Shown here one piece after another: positions 54,545 to 64,000 of a DNA stretch of 64,000 nt. The notes under the pieces were generated by a model. That model did not search any database and was not told the DNA's origin. It saw only the letters and a program-made list of their open reading frames with translations. The stretch is from Dictyostelium discoideum (lineage: Eukaryota). Position 1 is the stretch's first letter. Every line of letters starts with the position of its first letter. The stretch is taken from NCBI GenBank assembly GCA_000004695.1, contig CM000150.2, positions 2,016,001 through 2,080,000 of the forward strand. Direction: 5' to 3'. The position numbers were made by a program, and so were the translations under genes.

Positions 54545-55560
54545 AAAATTTCGTTGATTGGTGGGGTGTTAATGTTGTTTTTTGGTGGTTGATTGTTTTT
54601 GTTAATATTTAGGGTTTGTGAGAGCATTTTTTATAGTTGTTGCCATATCAGAATTTTTTGCATGTTGAATTTTGTGTTTAGTGACACTACGTGTTGCAGC
54701 TTTGATATATCTTGTGATACCAGATGGTTGTTCGATCTTTTGGTCTACAATGTTGTGTGTGTGATCAATTAGATGATATGTTATAATGTAGCTTTTAAAC
54801 GCAACAGCATATGAGTATGTGACAGTAAATGATTCAATTGATGTACAACTGGTGAATTTGGTGAGGTTGTTTATAATTGCATCATTTGCAAGTTTGGGTG
54901 AGTACGTTTGAATGAATGTTTTAATGATTGCATAATCATTTGATGATATTTCGAATCTATAGTTGAGTTTGTCGATATTTAGTGCAAGTTGGTTTTGAAG
55001 GTTGATTATTGAAGTTAATTTATCAACGTTGCAATTTACGAAGGCAGTTGCACTAATTATTTTAAATGCTGATGGCGACAGTATATCTTCGAAGAGTTTG
55101 TGAATGTTTTTGTGAATTTGTTGGATTCTTGTGTCATCTTTAGAGGCTAATTCTTCACGGATGTATGGTTGATTAAAGTAACACTTAATGTTGATGGTGT
55201 TATTGTTTTTTTCTAAGAAGGAGAGTGGTCTTGTGATTGATGGAGGTGCAATGATATCTAATTGATTATCAAGTCCTTTGTTAAGTGAGAATTTGTTTGT
55301 TGGGGTTTGTTTTTTAGGTGTGCCGATTTTTGCACTTTTGTTTTTTGTTGTTCAGGTTGTGGAGGTATTATTTGTATTGGTTGTGTCGTTATCTGTATGA
55401 TTTGACTGTAATTCAGTTGAGTGATCATCAGCCATTGTTGAAAAGTATATAGGACGATAGCCCTTGCTTTACTGAGCAAAAATAGGGTAAAATTAAGAGG
55501 AATGAATGTGGTGAAGACATAGCAGTGATTTATTTTTATATGAATAAATTCTTGTTTATT
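54545..55560 (-). mobile_element. TRE3-like element, 5' portion (5' UTR plus ORF1 start), in tandem downstream of the TRE3 copy at 55608-57235
   Basis: Minus-strand 5' UTR, then ATG at 55440 ('MADDHSTELQSNHTDN..'), and a GT-rich (plus) or CA-rich (minus) ORF1 with frameshifts, truncated at about 54545. Confidence 0.4.
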
Positions 55561-55607
55561 TCTTTGCTTCGTTACTTTTTAAAAATTAATTGGTTTAAAT
55601 ATTAATT

Positions 55608-57235
55608 TGATATAAAAAAACTATTGTAGTATACAATTAGTATGTTTTTTTATTTATTTATTTTAGGTTTTTTAGTTTTTGTTAATTTAAAATGGTATGT
55701 TATTTTAGATTAGGTAATTAATAATTAATTGGTGGTGTAATTGTTGGAATTGGTTCATTTGTGTTTATGCTCCATTCTTTTTTAAATTTTTTGATGGTTT
55801 CGGACCATTGGGTTTCTTTTTGAGTTTTTGTGAGGTTGTTTTTAATTGAGTATTGGTTAAAGTTTGATAATGTTCTTGAATATTCCAATCTTATTAGCTT
55901 GTGCCATTTTGATTTTAATATATCATAATCTAGTGTTGTGTTGTTTATTTGGTTGTTCCAATTGTCAATTGATTGAGTTATATTGATGTCAAATAATGAT
56001 TTGCATAACCAGATCCATATTTGGTGAATAACTAATGAGATTATGTTCCAATATGCATGTGTTCTGACTAGATCAAGATTTGTGTTTATATAATTCCAGT
56101 TGGACCTGTATTTTTTATATTGTGCGTTTTCTGCAAAATGAAAATTAATATTGATAGTTGGATCTGGTTTAAATACTTTGTTGTTTGTTTGTGGTTTATA
56201 AATGTGTGTGTATAATTTTGTTGTTTGGTTTTTTGTTAGTGACCAGTTTTTGTTTCCATTGCAATTTTTATATATAAAATATTTTAATTTGTCGTGGTTT
56301 ATGAAGTTGATTGTGTGCTGACAATTGAAAAACAAATGACCATAGGGATCATTATTCATTTCATTGTTGCAAATGGGGCAAACTTTGTTGTGTAGATGAT
56401 TAATCGGAAGACATCTAGCATGGAATCTTTGCATTGTATCACGGCCTTTTGGATCTTTTAATTTTTGAATTTTGACAAAAAGTTGGTCGTATGTGTATTT
56501 CCATAATAGTTGTATTGATTGTTGGTGCGAAGTAAGAAGTAGATCTGAATATTTCTTGCCAATATAGTCTTTTGATTTACATTGGTGATTGTTGAGTATT
56601 GTCGAGTAGATTTCTTTGAGTGTTGGTGGTAGTGGAATATTATTTGTGGTTAATGTTTGAGAGGTTTGATTTTTTATTAATATTGGTTGTAGGATTTGAA
56701 CTTTATCTTTTAGATGTCCAATTTGAGTTGCATAGTTTTCCCATTCTTTTTTGATTTTTATAAGGTATGGAGAAGAGATTGATTTGTTGATGATTTGATC
56801 CATCCAACTTATCATGTATATTGAATTATTTGCAGATTTATGCATTTGTAAAAAACTGTATTTTTACAAATGCATAAATCTGTTGTATATCCAAATCTTT
56901 TGAGCAACTTGTCGTAATTGTATATTCCACATACCCCAACCACCTTCTTTTAATGGTTTTAATGATCTATCATAACACATCAAAGGTATTTTTGCACGTG
57001 AATGGATGGTTGATGTGTTATTTTCAATGGAATTGATATTGAGAGTTGGTGATTCAGAATTTGCGGGAGAATTCATAAACCATGAGATTAATTTATTAAT
57101 TTGAATTTCTTCATCTTTTGTAAATTCTTCAAGGTATGATAAATATGTTATTGGTGATAGTGAGTAGGTGTTTATGATGGTTGTTTTTGTTTTTAATGTT
57201 GTGCCACTAGTTTTCCATAGTACTATTATATATTA
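55608..57235 (-). mobile_element. TRE3-like non-LTR retrotransposon, 5'-truncated copy, downstream of tRNA-Val(UAC)
   Basis: ORF2 C-terminal 375-aa ORF (55718-56845), near-identical to 47551-48267 including the CCHC finger. It shares the 3' terminus 'gatataaa..aactattgtagtatacaattagtatg', with no long A-tail. The 5' end lies about 30-40 bp from the tRNA 3' end. Confidence 0.6.
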
Positions 57236-57264
57236 AAATTTATTTAACAATTCCAAAAAAAATA

Positions 57265-57338
57265 TGATCCGACCGAGGATCGAACTCGAGACCTGTTGCG
57301 TGTAAAGCAACCGTGATAACCGACTACACCATCCGACC
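57265..57338 (-). tRNA. tRNA-Val (anticodon UAC); one acceptor-stem mismatch
   Basis: Minus strand GGTCGGATGGTGTAGTCGGTTATCACGGTTGCTTTACACGCAACAGGTCTCGAGTTCGATCCTCGGTCGGATCA. Anticodon stem GTTGC/GCAAC with loop TTTACAC. The D-arm and 5' half are identical to tRNA-Val(AAC). There is a G5:G68 mispair in the acceptor stem. Confidence 0.6.
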
Positions 57339-57655
57339 TTATGAACTAATAATTTTCGATGGTTTGCCAGATTCGCAAATATAAGGTCGTAAGTTCGATT
57401 CTAGGTACTGACCATTAAAAAAATAAATGCCTTTGTTACCTATTTTAAACCTTAATACTTTTGAGGTACAATTAATTATGAAAGAATTATAAGGGAATAC
57501 ACCATCCAACCATTTGAAATTTTTTTTTTAAAAAAAAAACTTTATCAGCTATCAAATGCATTTGATTTTTTTAATTTTTAATATCCTAGAAGTTCAATTT
57601 GTTTTTAAATTTTATAAATATCATACCTCTCATAATAATAATAATAATAATAATA

Positions 57656-57716
<61 letters not shown>

Positions 57717-57844
57717 TTCGATTAGACAAACTCTTTCTGAAACTTAAAAGTGAAAAATAAATATTTCTACGACCATTTTTAATATTTACAAAATTTTATA
57801 AAAGAATTTTTTTTTTTTTTTTTTTATTTTTTATTTTTATTTCC

Positions 57845-58808
57845 TTAATATCTAAACCTCTTTTTAAAATTATCCATTGCCTCTTTATCAGTAGCTTTAT
57901 CTTCATTCCTTTGTTTTTTATTATTTGCATCTATTAAAAAAAAAAAAAATAAAAAAAAAGAATTAAAATTAATAACATAAAAAAAAATAATAATAATAAT
58001 AAACTTACATCTATTATGATATTGATAGTTTTGATTAAAATTTTGAGGAGTTAATAATTTTTCATAATTTCTAGGTTGTTTATCTAATGCATCTTTTGCT
58101 TTTTCAGTTTCTACAATATTCTTATACTTATAAACATCAGGTAATTGTACTTCAGCAATACCTGCGACCCAATTTGTTTTTTCCTCAACTTTACCTTTTT
58201 GACTTTTTAAATGTTCTGGTGTTTCAAATAAATTAATATCATTTTTATTTTCATCTTTGTCATTTGATTTATCTTTATCACTATCTAAATTATTATTATT
58301 ATTATTGTCATTTGATTTATCTTTATCACTATCTAAATTATTTTTTAAAATTTGTTGTTTTTTTAATTCCAATTGTTCATTTACATATTTTTCTCTAAAT
58401 AAATAAATAAATAATAATAAAAAATGAAAAAGAGATATTAATAAAATAGTTAACCATTTGTTTTTTTTTTTTTTAGAAAAAACTTACAAATATATATTAA
58501 CTTCTTGTTTATCTTGATGAACAGTAAAAGAATCATCCAATTTATTTTCTAATTCTCTAAAAGCTTGTTTAACATGTGGACCTTCAGCAAGTACACCAAC
58601 ATTTACACCTTTACCTTTTTCCCTTAATTTTTGTTTTTCTTTTGTTAACTCTAATAAATCTTTTAAATTATCTTCATTTTCTTGATTATCTTTTTCTTTA
58701 TTATTATTATCATCAATATCATCATTTGATTTAATTGATTTTCTTATATTTCTATTTTTTATTGGTTTTTTAAAATTTAATGGTATAATTGGTACTAATT
58801 TATCATTT

Positions 58809-58887
<79 letters not shown>

Positions 58888-59041
58888 CATTATTATTATT
58901 TTTAATGATATTATCTTTATTTTCTTGTTTAATATTATTATCTTTTTCTTTAATATTTTCTACATCTTGTTTACTAATTTCATTTTTTTCTTCATTTTCT
59001 TTAATATTATCTGTTTCTTCTTTTTTAGTTCTTTCACTCAT
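57845..59041 (-). CDS. Lys/Glu-rich nuclear protein, about 341 aa, possibly of the Hep59/C9orf78 (Tls1) family
   Basis: Model join(59041..58488,58394..58009,57930..57845) with GTAAGT donors and phases 2 and 1 consistent. It ends '..DKATDKEAMDNFKKRFRY'. The family assignment is tentative. Confidence 0.4.
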
Positions 59042-59251
59042 TTTTTTATTTTTTTATTTTTAGATTTGTTTTTTTATTATTTTTTACAATATGAAATGAA
59101 AAAAAAAAAAAAAAAAAGTCAGAACACTTACAAAAATCTGTTTTTTTTATTTTTTTTATTTTTTTTTTTTTTTATTTTTTTTTTTTTTTTTCATTCGTTA
59201 AATTACAATAATACCTTTTTTATTATTTTTTTTTTTTTAAAATATTTAATA

Positions 59252-60868
59252 ATGAATTATTTAAATAAAATTAATAAAATTAATAATAAATTATTTTATA
59301 GTACAACAAGTAGTAGTAATGGAATTAAAAATGTTGTAATTAATAATAAAGATTATTTAAAAAGTTTAAAAACAAATGAAATTTGGGAATTAATAGTTGG
59401 TATTGAAGTGCATGCACAAACCAAAACTAAAGAGAAATTATTTTCAAATAGTTTAAATATTGGATCAATGGAAGGATTTAAAGCAAATTCACGTGTAAGT
59501 TTTGTAGATGCAGCATTTCCAGGTGCATTACCAGTATTAAATGATAAATGTGTTGAACAAGCCATTAAAACTGGATTATCAATTGGTGGAACCATTAATA
59601 GATATAGTTTTTTCGATCGTAAACATTACTTTTATCAAGATTTACCACAAGGTTATCAAATCACTCAATTAACCGAACCAATAGTTAAAGGTGGATCGAT
59701 CGAATTGGAATTAAGTGATGGTAGACAACACCAAATTCGTATATCACATATACAATTGGAACAAGATAGTGGTAAATCAATTCACGATTTACATCCAACC
59801 AAATCATTGGTTGATTTAAATCGTGCTGGTATCGGGTTAATGGAGATTGTATCACATGCAGATTTCACATCGAGTGAACAAGTTGGTTGTTATATTCAAA
59901 AACTTCAACATTTACTTAAACATATTGGTAGTTCAGATGCAAATATGCAATTTGGTGAAATGCGTTGCGATGTAAATATATCAGTTCATAAACCAAATAC
60001 TGAATTTGGTACACGTGTTGAATTAAAAAATATGATATCTGCTAAAGCAATAGTTTCAAGTATCGATTCTGAAGCAATTCGTCAAATTGACCTATTAGAA
60101 AATCAAAATAAAATTCAACGTGAAACTCGTGGTTTTAATCAAGAAACTGGTGAAACCTATCATTTACGTACAAAAGAAGATGAAGTCGATTATAGATTTT
60201 TCCCTGACCCTGATTTACCACCATTAATCATCTCTAGTGAAAGAATTGAAACAATTAAACAACAATTGGGTGAACTACCACAAGATATGAAAAAAAGATT
60301 AATCAAACAATATTCATTAACAAATTATGATGCAGAATTATTAATTCAAGATCAATCAATTGCAAAATTTTTTGAAAATTCAATTATATTTAATCAAAAT
60401 CATAATCAAAAACAAAGAGATATTAAAAAAATTTTAAACTTTTTATTACGTGATATTTTCTCTTGGTTAAATTCAAATAATATTCAAGATTTTAATTCAA
60501 TTATAAATGAAAATCAATTAAGTATTGAAAAGTTTACACAATTGTTAGATTTAATTGAACAAGGTTATATCTCAAGCAATATTGGTAAAACTATTCTTTT
60601 TCAAATTTTAAATGGTTCTGATAATAGATCACCAAAAGATTTAATAGATTCTCAAGGTTTATCTCAAATCTCTGATGATTCATTATTGGATCAATTGGTT
60701 CAACAATTGGTTGAAAATCATCCAAATGAAGTAACTGAATATCATCAAGGTAAACAAAGAGTTTATAAATTCTTTATGGGTGAAATTATGAAAAAAACTA
60801 AAGGTAGATCAAATCCTGAAATTGTTAATAATTTATTAAAAAAATATTTAGATTTAAAAAAAAAATAA
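59252..60868 (+). CDS. gatB: glutamyl-tRNA(Gln) amidotransferase subunit B (GatB/PET112, mitochondrial), 538 aa
   Basis: Single exon from the ATG at 59252. The upstream part of the track ORF is antisense of the neighbouring gene. 'WELIVGIEVHAQTKTKEKLFS', 'GYQITQLTEPIVKGGSIEL', 'QIRISHIQLEQDSGKS', 'DLNRAGIGLMEIVS' and a C-terminal GatB/YqeY domain. Confidence 0.8.
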   Translation: MNYLNKINKINNKLFYSTTSSSNGIKNVVINNKDYLKSLKTNEIWELIVGIEVHAQTKTKEKLFSNSLNIGSMEGFKANSRVSFVDAAFPGALPVLNDKCVEQAIKTGLSIGGTINRYSFFDRKHYFYQDLPQGYQITQLTEPIVKGGSIELELSDGRQHQIRISHIQLEQDSGKSIHDLHPTKSLVDLNRAGIGLMEIVSHADFTSSEQVGCYIQKLQHLLKHIGSSDANMQFGEMRCDVNISVHKPNTEFGTRVELKNMISAKAIVSSIDSEAIRQIDLLENQNKIQRETRGFNQETGETYHLRTKEDEVDYRFFPDPDLPPLIISSERIETIKQQLGELPQDMKKRLIKQYSLTNYDAELLIQDQSIAKFFENSIIFNQNHNQKQRDIKKILNFLLRDIFSWLNSNNIQDFNSIINENQLSIEKFTQLLDLIEQGYISSNIGKTILFQILNGSDNRSPKDLIDSQGLSQISDDSLLDQLVQQLVENHPNEVTEYHQGKQRVYKFFMGEIMKKTKGRSNPEIVNNLLKKYLDLKKK

Positions 60869-61108
60869 TAATAATAATAAAAAAATTATTATTATTATTA
60901 TTATTATTTTAAAAAAATTAAAATTTATTTAATTATTCTTTTTATTTTATTTTTTTTCAATAATATACATTTTTTTTTATATTAATTTAATTATTATTAT
61001 TATTTTTATTATTATAATTATTATTATTTAACATATACATTTTATTTTTTTTTGATTTTGTTTTTTTTTTTTTTTTTTTTTTTGTTTTTTTGATTTTTTT
61101 TTTTTAAT

Positions 61109-61611
61109 TTATCTTGATTTATGATTTGCTTTATCAAATTCAATTGAAATACTTGAAGAAATATCAGAAGCATCCATTCTAAAACCTTGTAAAAATTCTA
61201 AAGCAAACATTGAGGATTGAGTATCAATGAAATCACAAAAACACATTGGTAATTTTCCTTCTTTATTGATTAAACGAATTCCAACAAAACCTCTCATAAA
61301 TCTAAATAATATTGATAATTCTCTCTCTGTTACATCTTTTGGTAAATTTGATACAAATAATGTTGAACAAGGCATACCTGTTGTTGAAATTGATGATTGA
61401 GGTGGTAATGCTGAACCACCATGATAATGTGATGATGATAATGATGTTGATGATGGTGGTAAGTGATAATTTGATGAAGAAAGTGGTATTGAACTTGTAG
61501 GTATTAAATATGATGATGAAGATGAAGATGGTGTTGATCTCTATTTTCATTTTTTTTAAAAAATATAAAAAAATAAAAAATTATTATTATTTATTAATTA
61601 TTTTATTATTT

Positions 61612-61651
<40 letters not shown>

Positions 61652-62228
61652 TACATACATAGCTATCATGATATCTATCACTTGAAGAGTACAAAGATGA
61701 GGATGATGAGGATGATGATGATCTTGGATAATAATCTTCAGAACGAATTCTTTTTCTATCTTGATAATAATGTGAAGGTAATGGTGAAGATGATAATGGT
61801 GAAGATGATGATGATGAATATGGTGGTGAAGATGATGATGATTTAGATGTTCTATCTTTATAATCTATTGATTTTAAATCATCTTCATCATCCATTTCTT
61901 TTCGTCTATTACTACTACTACTACTATTATTATAATCTTTGCTATAACCTCTATCTCTACCTCTATCTCCACCATTACTATGACTATGATGATGTCTACT
62001 ACTACCACTACTACTATTATAGCTATCATTATGATGATAACTACTACTACTACTACTACTATTATTATAACTATAGCTATCCCTATTATCTCTAATTCTA
62101 TGATCATCATAGATATCTTTATTTCTGTCCTTTTGTTTTTTTATTATTAAAATTATTATTTTTTAAAATAATTGATTATTATCATCATAAAATTATTTTT
62201 AAAATTATTGATAAAATATATTAATACC

Positions 62229-62265
<37 letters not shown>

Positions 62266-62444
62266 GTTATTCTCCTTTTATCTGCAATCTATCATAATCT
62301 TATTATTTACTTTATCATAATCTATTATTAATGGTTTATCAGAAGAATCAAACTTATATCCAGTAAATTTGATCATTGCCATTGTTGCAAACTCTCTATC
62401 TTTAAATTCTACAAAAGCAAAATGAGGTTTCTATAAGAGAGAAG

Positions 62445-62479
<35 letters not shown>

Positions 62480-62704
62480 TATTAATAAAAATTAAGAAGA
62501 TGGAAATAAAAATATGTTTAAAATAATATTAATATTATTTAAAAAAAAAAAATAAAAAAAAAATAAAAATAAATAAATTACTCTTCTCATCATTAAATAA
62601 CCAGGTAAACTTTTAAATAAATTTTCAAAAGCGTCGTATGATACACGTTGTGGGATATCTTTTACAAATAAAACCCTTGATGGAGGTGCTTTATTTAAAT
62701 CCAT
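61109..62704 (-). CDS. RBPMS/couch-potato-like RNA-binding protein with two RRMs, 381 aa
   Basis: Model join(62704..62582,62430..62311,62129..61659,61540..61109), all phase 0, with GTAATT, GTAAAT and GTATGT donors. RRM1 is 'RVLFVKDIPQRVSYDAFENLFKSLPGY..|KPHFAFVEFKDREFATMAMIKFTGYKFD'. A Ser/Tyr-rich linker follows. RRM2 is 'STLFVSNLPKDVTERELSILFRFMRGF..MCFCDF..ISIEFDKANHK'. Confidence 0.6.
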
Positions 62705-62708
62705 TGTT

Positions 62709-62740
<32 letters not shown>

Positions 62741-63024
62741 TATTTGTTTTTTTTTTTTTTTCTTTTAATTTTAATTTTAATTTTTTATAAATGAAGTAAA
62801 AAAAAAAAAAAAAATTAAAAATAACAAAATTAAAAAAATTAAAAAAAAAAAAAAAAAAATCTTTTTTTAATTTTTTTTTTTTATTTTTATTTTTTAATTT
62901 TTATTTTTTTTTACATTTTTCATTCCGGACTGGAAAAACGTCTTTTTATTTTTTTTTTTTTAATATTTCAAAAAACACCTTTAGTGTGTGTGATTTACCA
63001 ACTAATCAAATAAAAAAAATAAAA

Positions 63025-64000
63025 ATGAGTGTAAATAAAATTATAGATTTTAGTAATAAATTTAGAAAAGAATTTCCATATGAAGAACTTGGTAAAATTA
63101 ATTGGTTCCCAGGTCATATGGTAAAGAATAGGAGATTATTAGTTGATACATTAAAATTTATAGATATCGTAATGGAAGTTCGTGATTCTCGAGCACCAAT
63201 TTCAACCGAGAATCCAATGTTATCAGAACTTTTAAAAGAATCTTCAAAAAAGAAAACTACAAAATTTATAGTTTTAAATAAAAATGATTTATCAAATAAA
63301 CATTTACAATCAAAAATTAAACAATATTTTGAAAAACAACAACCTCAACTACTACCACTACCACAACAACAATCACAACAACAATCACAACAACAATCAC
63401 AACAACAACCTCAACAACAATTTGTTGAATTTACACAATCAATTTTAACAGAATCACCACAAGCATTATCAATAAAATTAAATAAAGCAAATCCAAAACA
63501 CCCATTTCAATTAGTAAAGAAAGCAGTTGAAATTCATCATAAATTAAATCCACCAAAGTATAAAAACTATTTAACAACTCAATTAATGAGACCATTGAAT
63601 GTTTTAATTTGTGGTTTACCAAATGTTGGTAAATCAAGTTTTATCAATTCAGTTAGAAATGCTTCGAAAATTGGTAATTCAAAATCCGCAAAAGTCGGTG
63701 CACTACCCGGTGTAACTAGACATATTAGTGGTTTCGTCGCTTGTGAAGATCCACCAATTTTCATCGTTGACACTCCTGGTATTATGATACCTGGTAATTT
63801 AGATTCAAATGAAACTACACTCACTCTTGCATTATTAGGTTGTATCACTGAGAAAATAGTACCAATAATTTCATTATCTGATTTTTTATTATTTAAATTA
63901 AATTCAATTTCAAATTTTAATTATTTAAAATTAATTGAAAATGAAAATACAAAAGAAGAAGAAAAACAAGAAGAAAAACAAAATAATAATAATAATAATA
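63025..64000 (+). CDS. mitochondrial ribosome-associated GTPase 1 (MTG1/YlqF/RbgA family, circularly permuted GTPase), 3' end beyond the window
   Basis: ATG at 63025. 'INWFPGHMVKNRRLLVDTLKFIDIVMEVRDSRAP' (G4 and G5 first), 'LNKNDL', then 'ICGLPNVGKSSFINS' (G1) and 'DTPGIM' (G3). It runs open to the window end. Confidence 0.7.
   Translation, partial: MSVNKIIDFSNKFRKEFPYEELGKINWFPGHMVKNRRLLVDTLKFIDIVMEVRDSRAPISTENPMLSELLKESSKKKTTKFIVLNKNDLSNKHLQSKIKQYFEKQQPQLLPLPQQQSQQQSQQQSQQQPQQQFVEFTQSILTESPQALSIKLNKANPKHPFQLVKKAVEIHHKLNPPKYKNYLTTQLMRPLNVLICGLPNVGKSSFINSVRNASKIGNSKSAKVGALPGVTRHISGFVACEDPPIFIVDTPGIMIPGNLDSNETTLTLALLGCITEKIVPIISLSDFLLFKLNSISNFNYLKLIENENTKEEEKQEEKQNNNNNN

Noticed and set aside
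58925-59251. N-terminal 109-aa extension of the GatB ORF (poly-F/I)
   Set aside because: It is the antisense of the Hep59-like gene's first exon plus the promoter A/T tracts. The genuine ATG at 59252 is followed immediately by the conserved GatB N-terminus.
63431-63848. Minus-strand ORFs 63431-63637 and 63579-63848
   Set aside because: They are antisense to the MTG1-like gene, whose sense frame carries the ordered G4-G5-G1-G3 GTPase motifs.

Overview
The window is extremely AT-rich nuclear DNA with long A/T homopolymers, short AT-rich GT..AG introns and N/Q/S-rich low-complexity coding. Together with an actin gene that matches Dictyostelium actin at almost every residue, this points to Dictyostelium discoideum (or a very close relative) chromosomal sequence. 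I can support about 25 host protein-coding genes, most with hand-derived exon models. They include two tandem acid-lipase paralogs plus a third nearby, farnesyl-diphosphate synthase, an actin pseudogene, a UAS+UBX protein, a GH47 alpha-mannosidase, OLA1/YchF, cycloeucalenol cycloisomerase, a Rab GTPase, a CCDC86/Cgr1-like protein, a 1750-aa low-complexity protein, GatB, an RBPMS-like 2-RRM protein and MTG1 (cut by the window end). There are three tRNA genes: Arg-ACG at 7312-7385 (+), Val-AAC at 48611-48684 (-) and Val-UAC at 57265-57338 (-). Each is flanked by fragments of tRNA-gene-targeted non-LTR retrotransposons. TRE5-like copies sit head-to-head about 21 bp upstream, and TRE3-like copies sit tail-to-head 40-65 bp downstream, including a tandem array. 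The most unusual content is two repeat islands (about 500-4700 and 51600-54420) carrying degraded genes with non-host codon usage: an archaeo-eukaryotic-primase-like ORF pair with a frameshift, a P-loop nucleoside-kinase-like ORF and YqaJ/lambda-exonuclease-like nucleases, one truncated and one complete. That gene set suggests remnants of a virus- or plasmid-derived element. Recurrent GT-rich/CA-rich islands in intergenic DNA look like Dictyostelium G-box/CAE promoter elements. ORF-track start codons often look like alternative starts (TTG etc.), so several N-termini were re-derived by hand.
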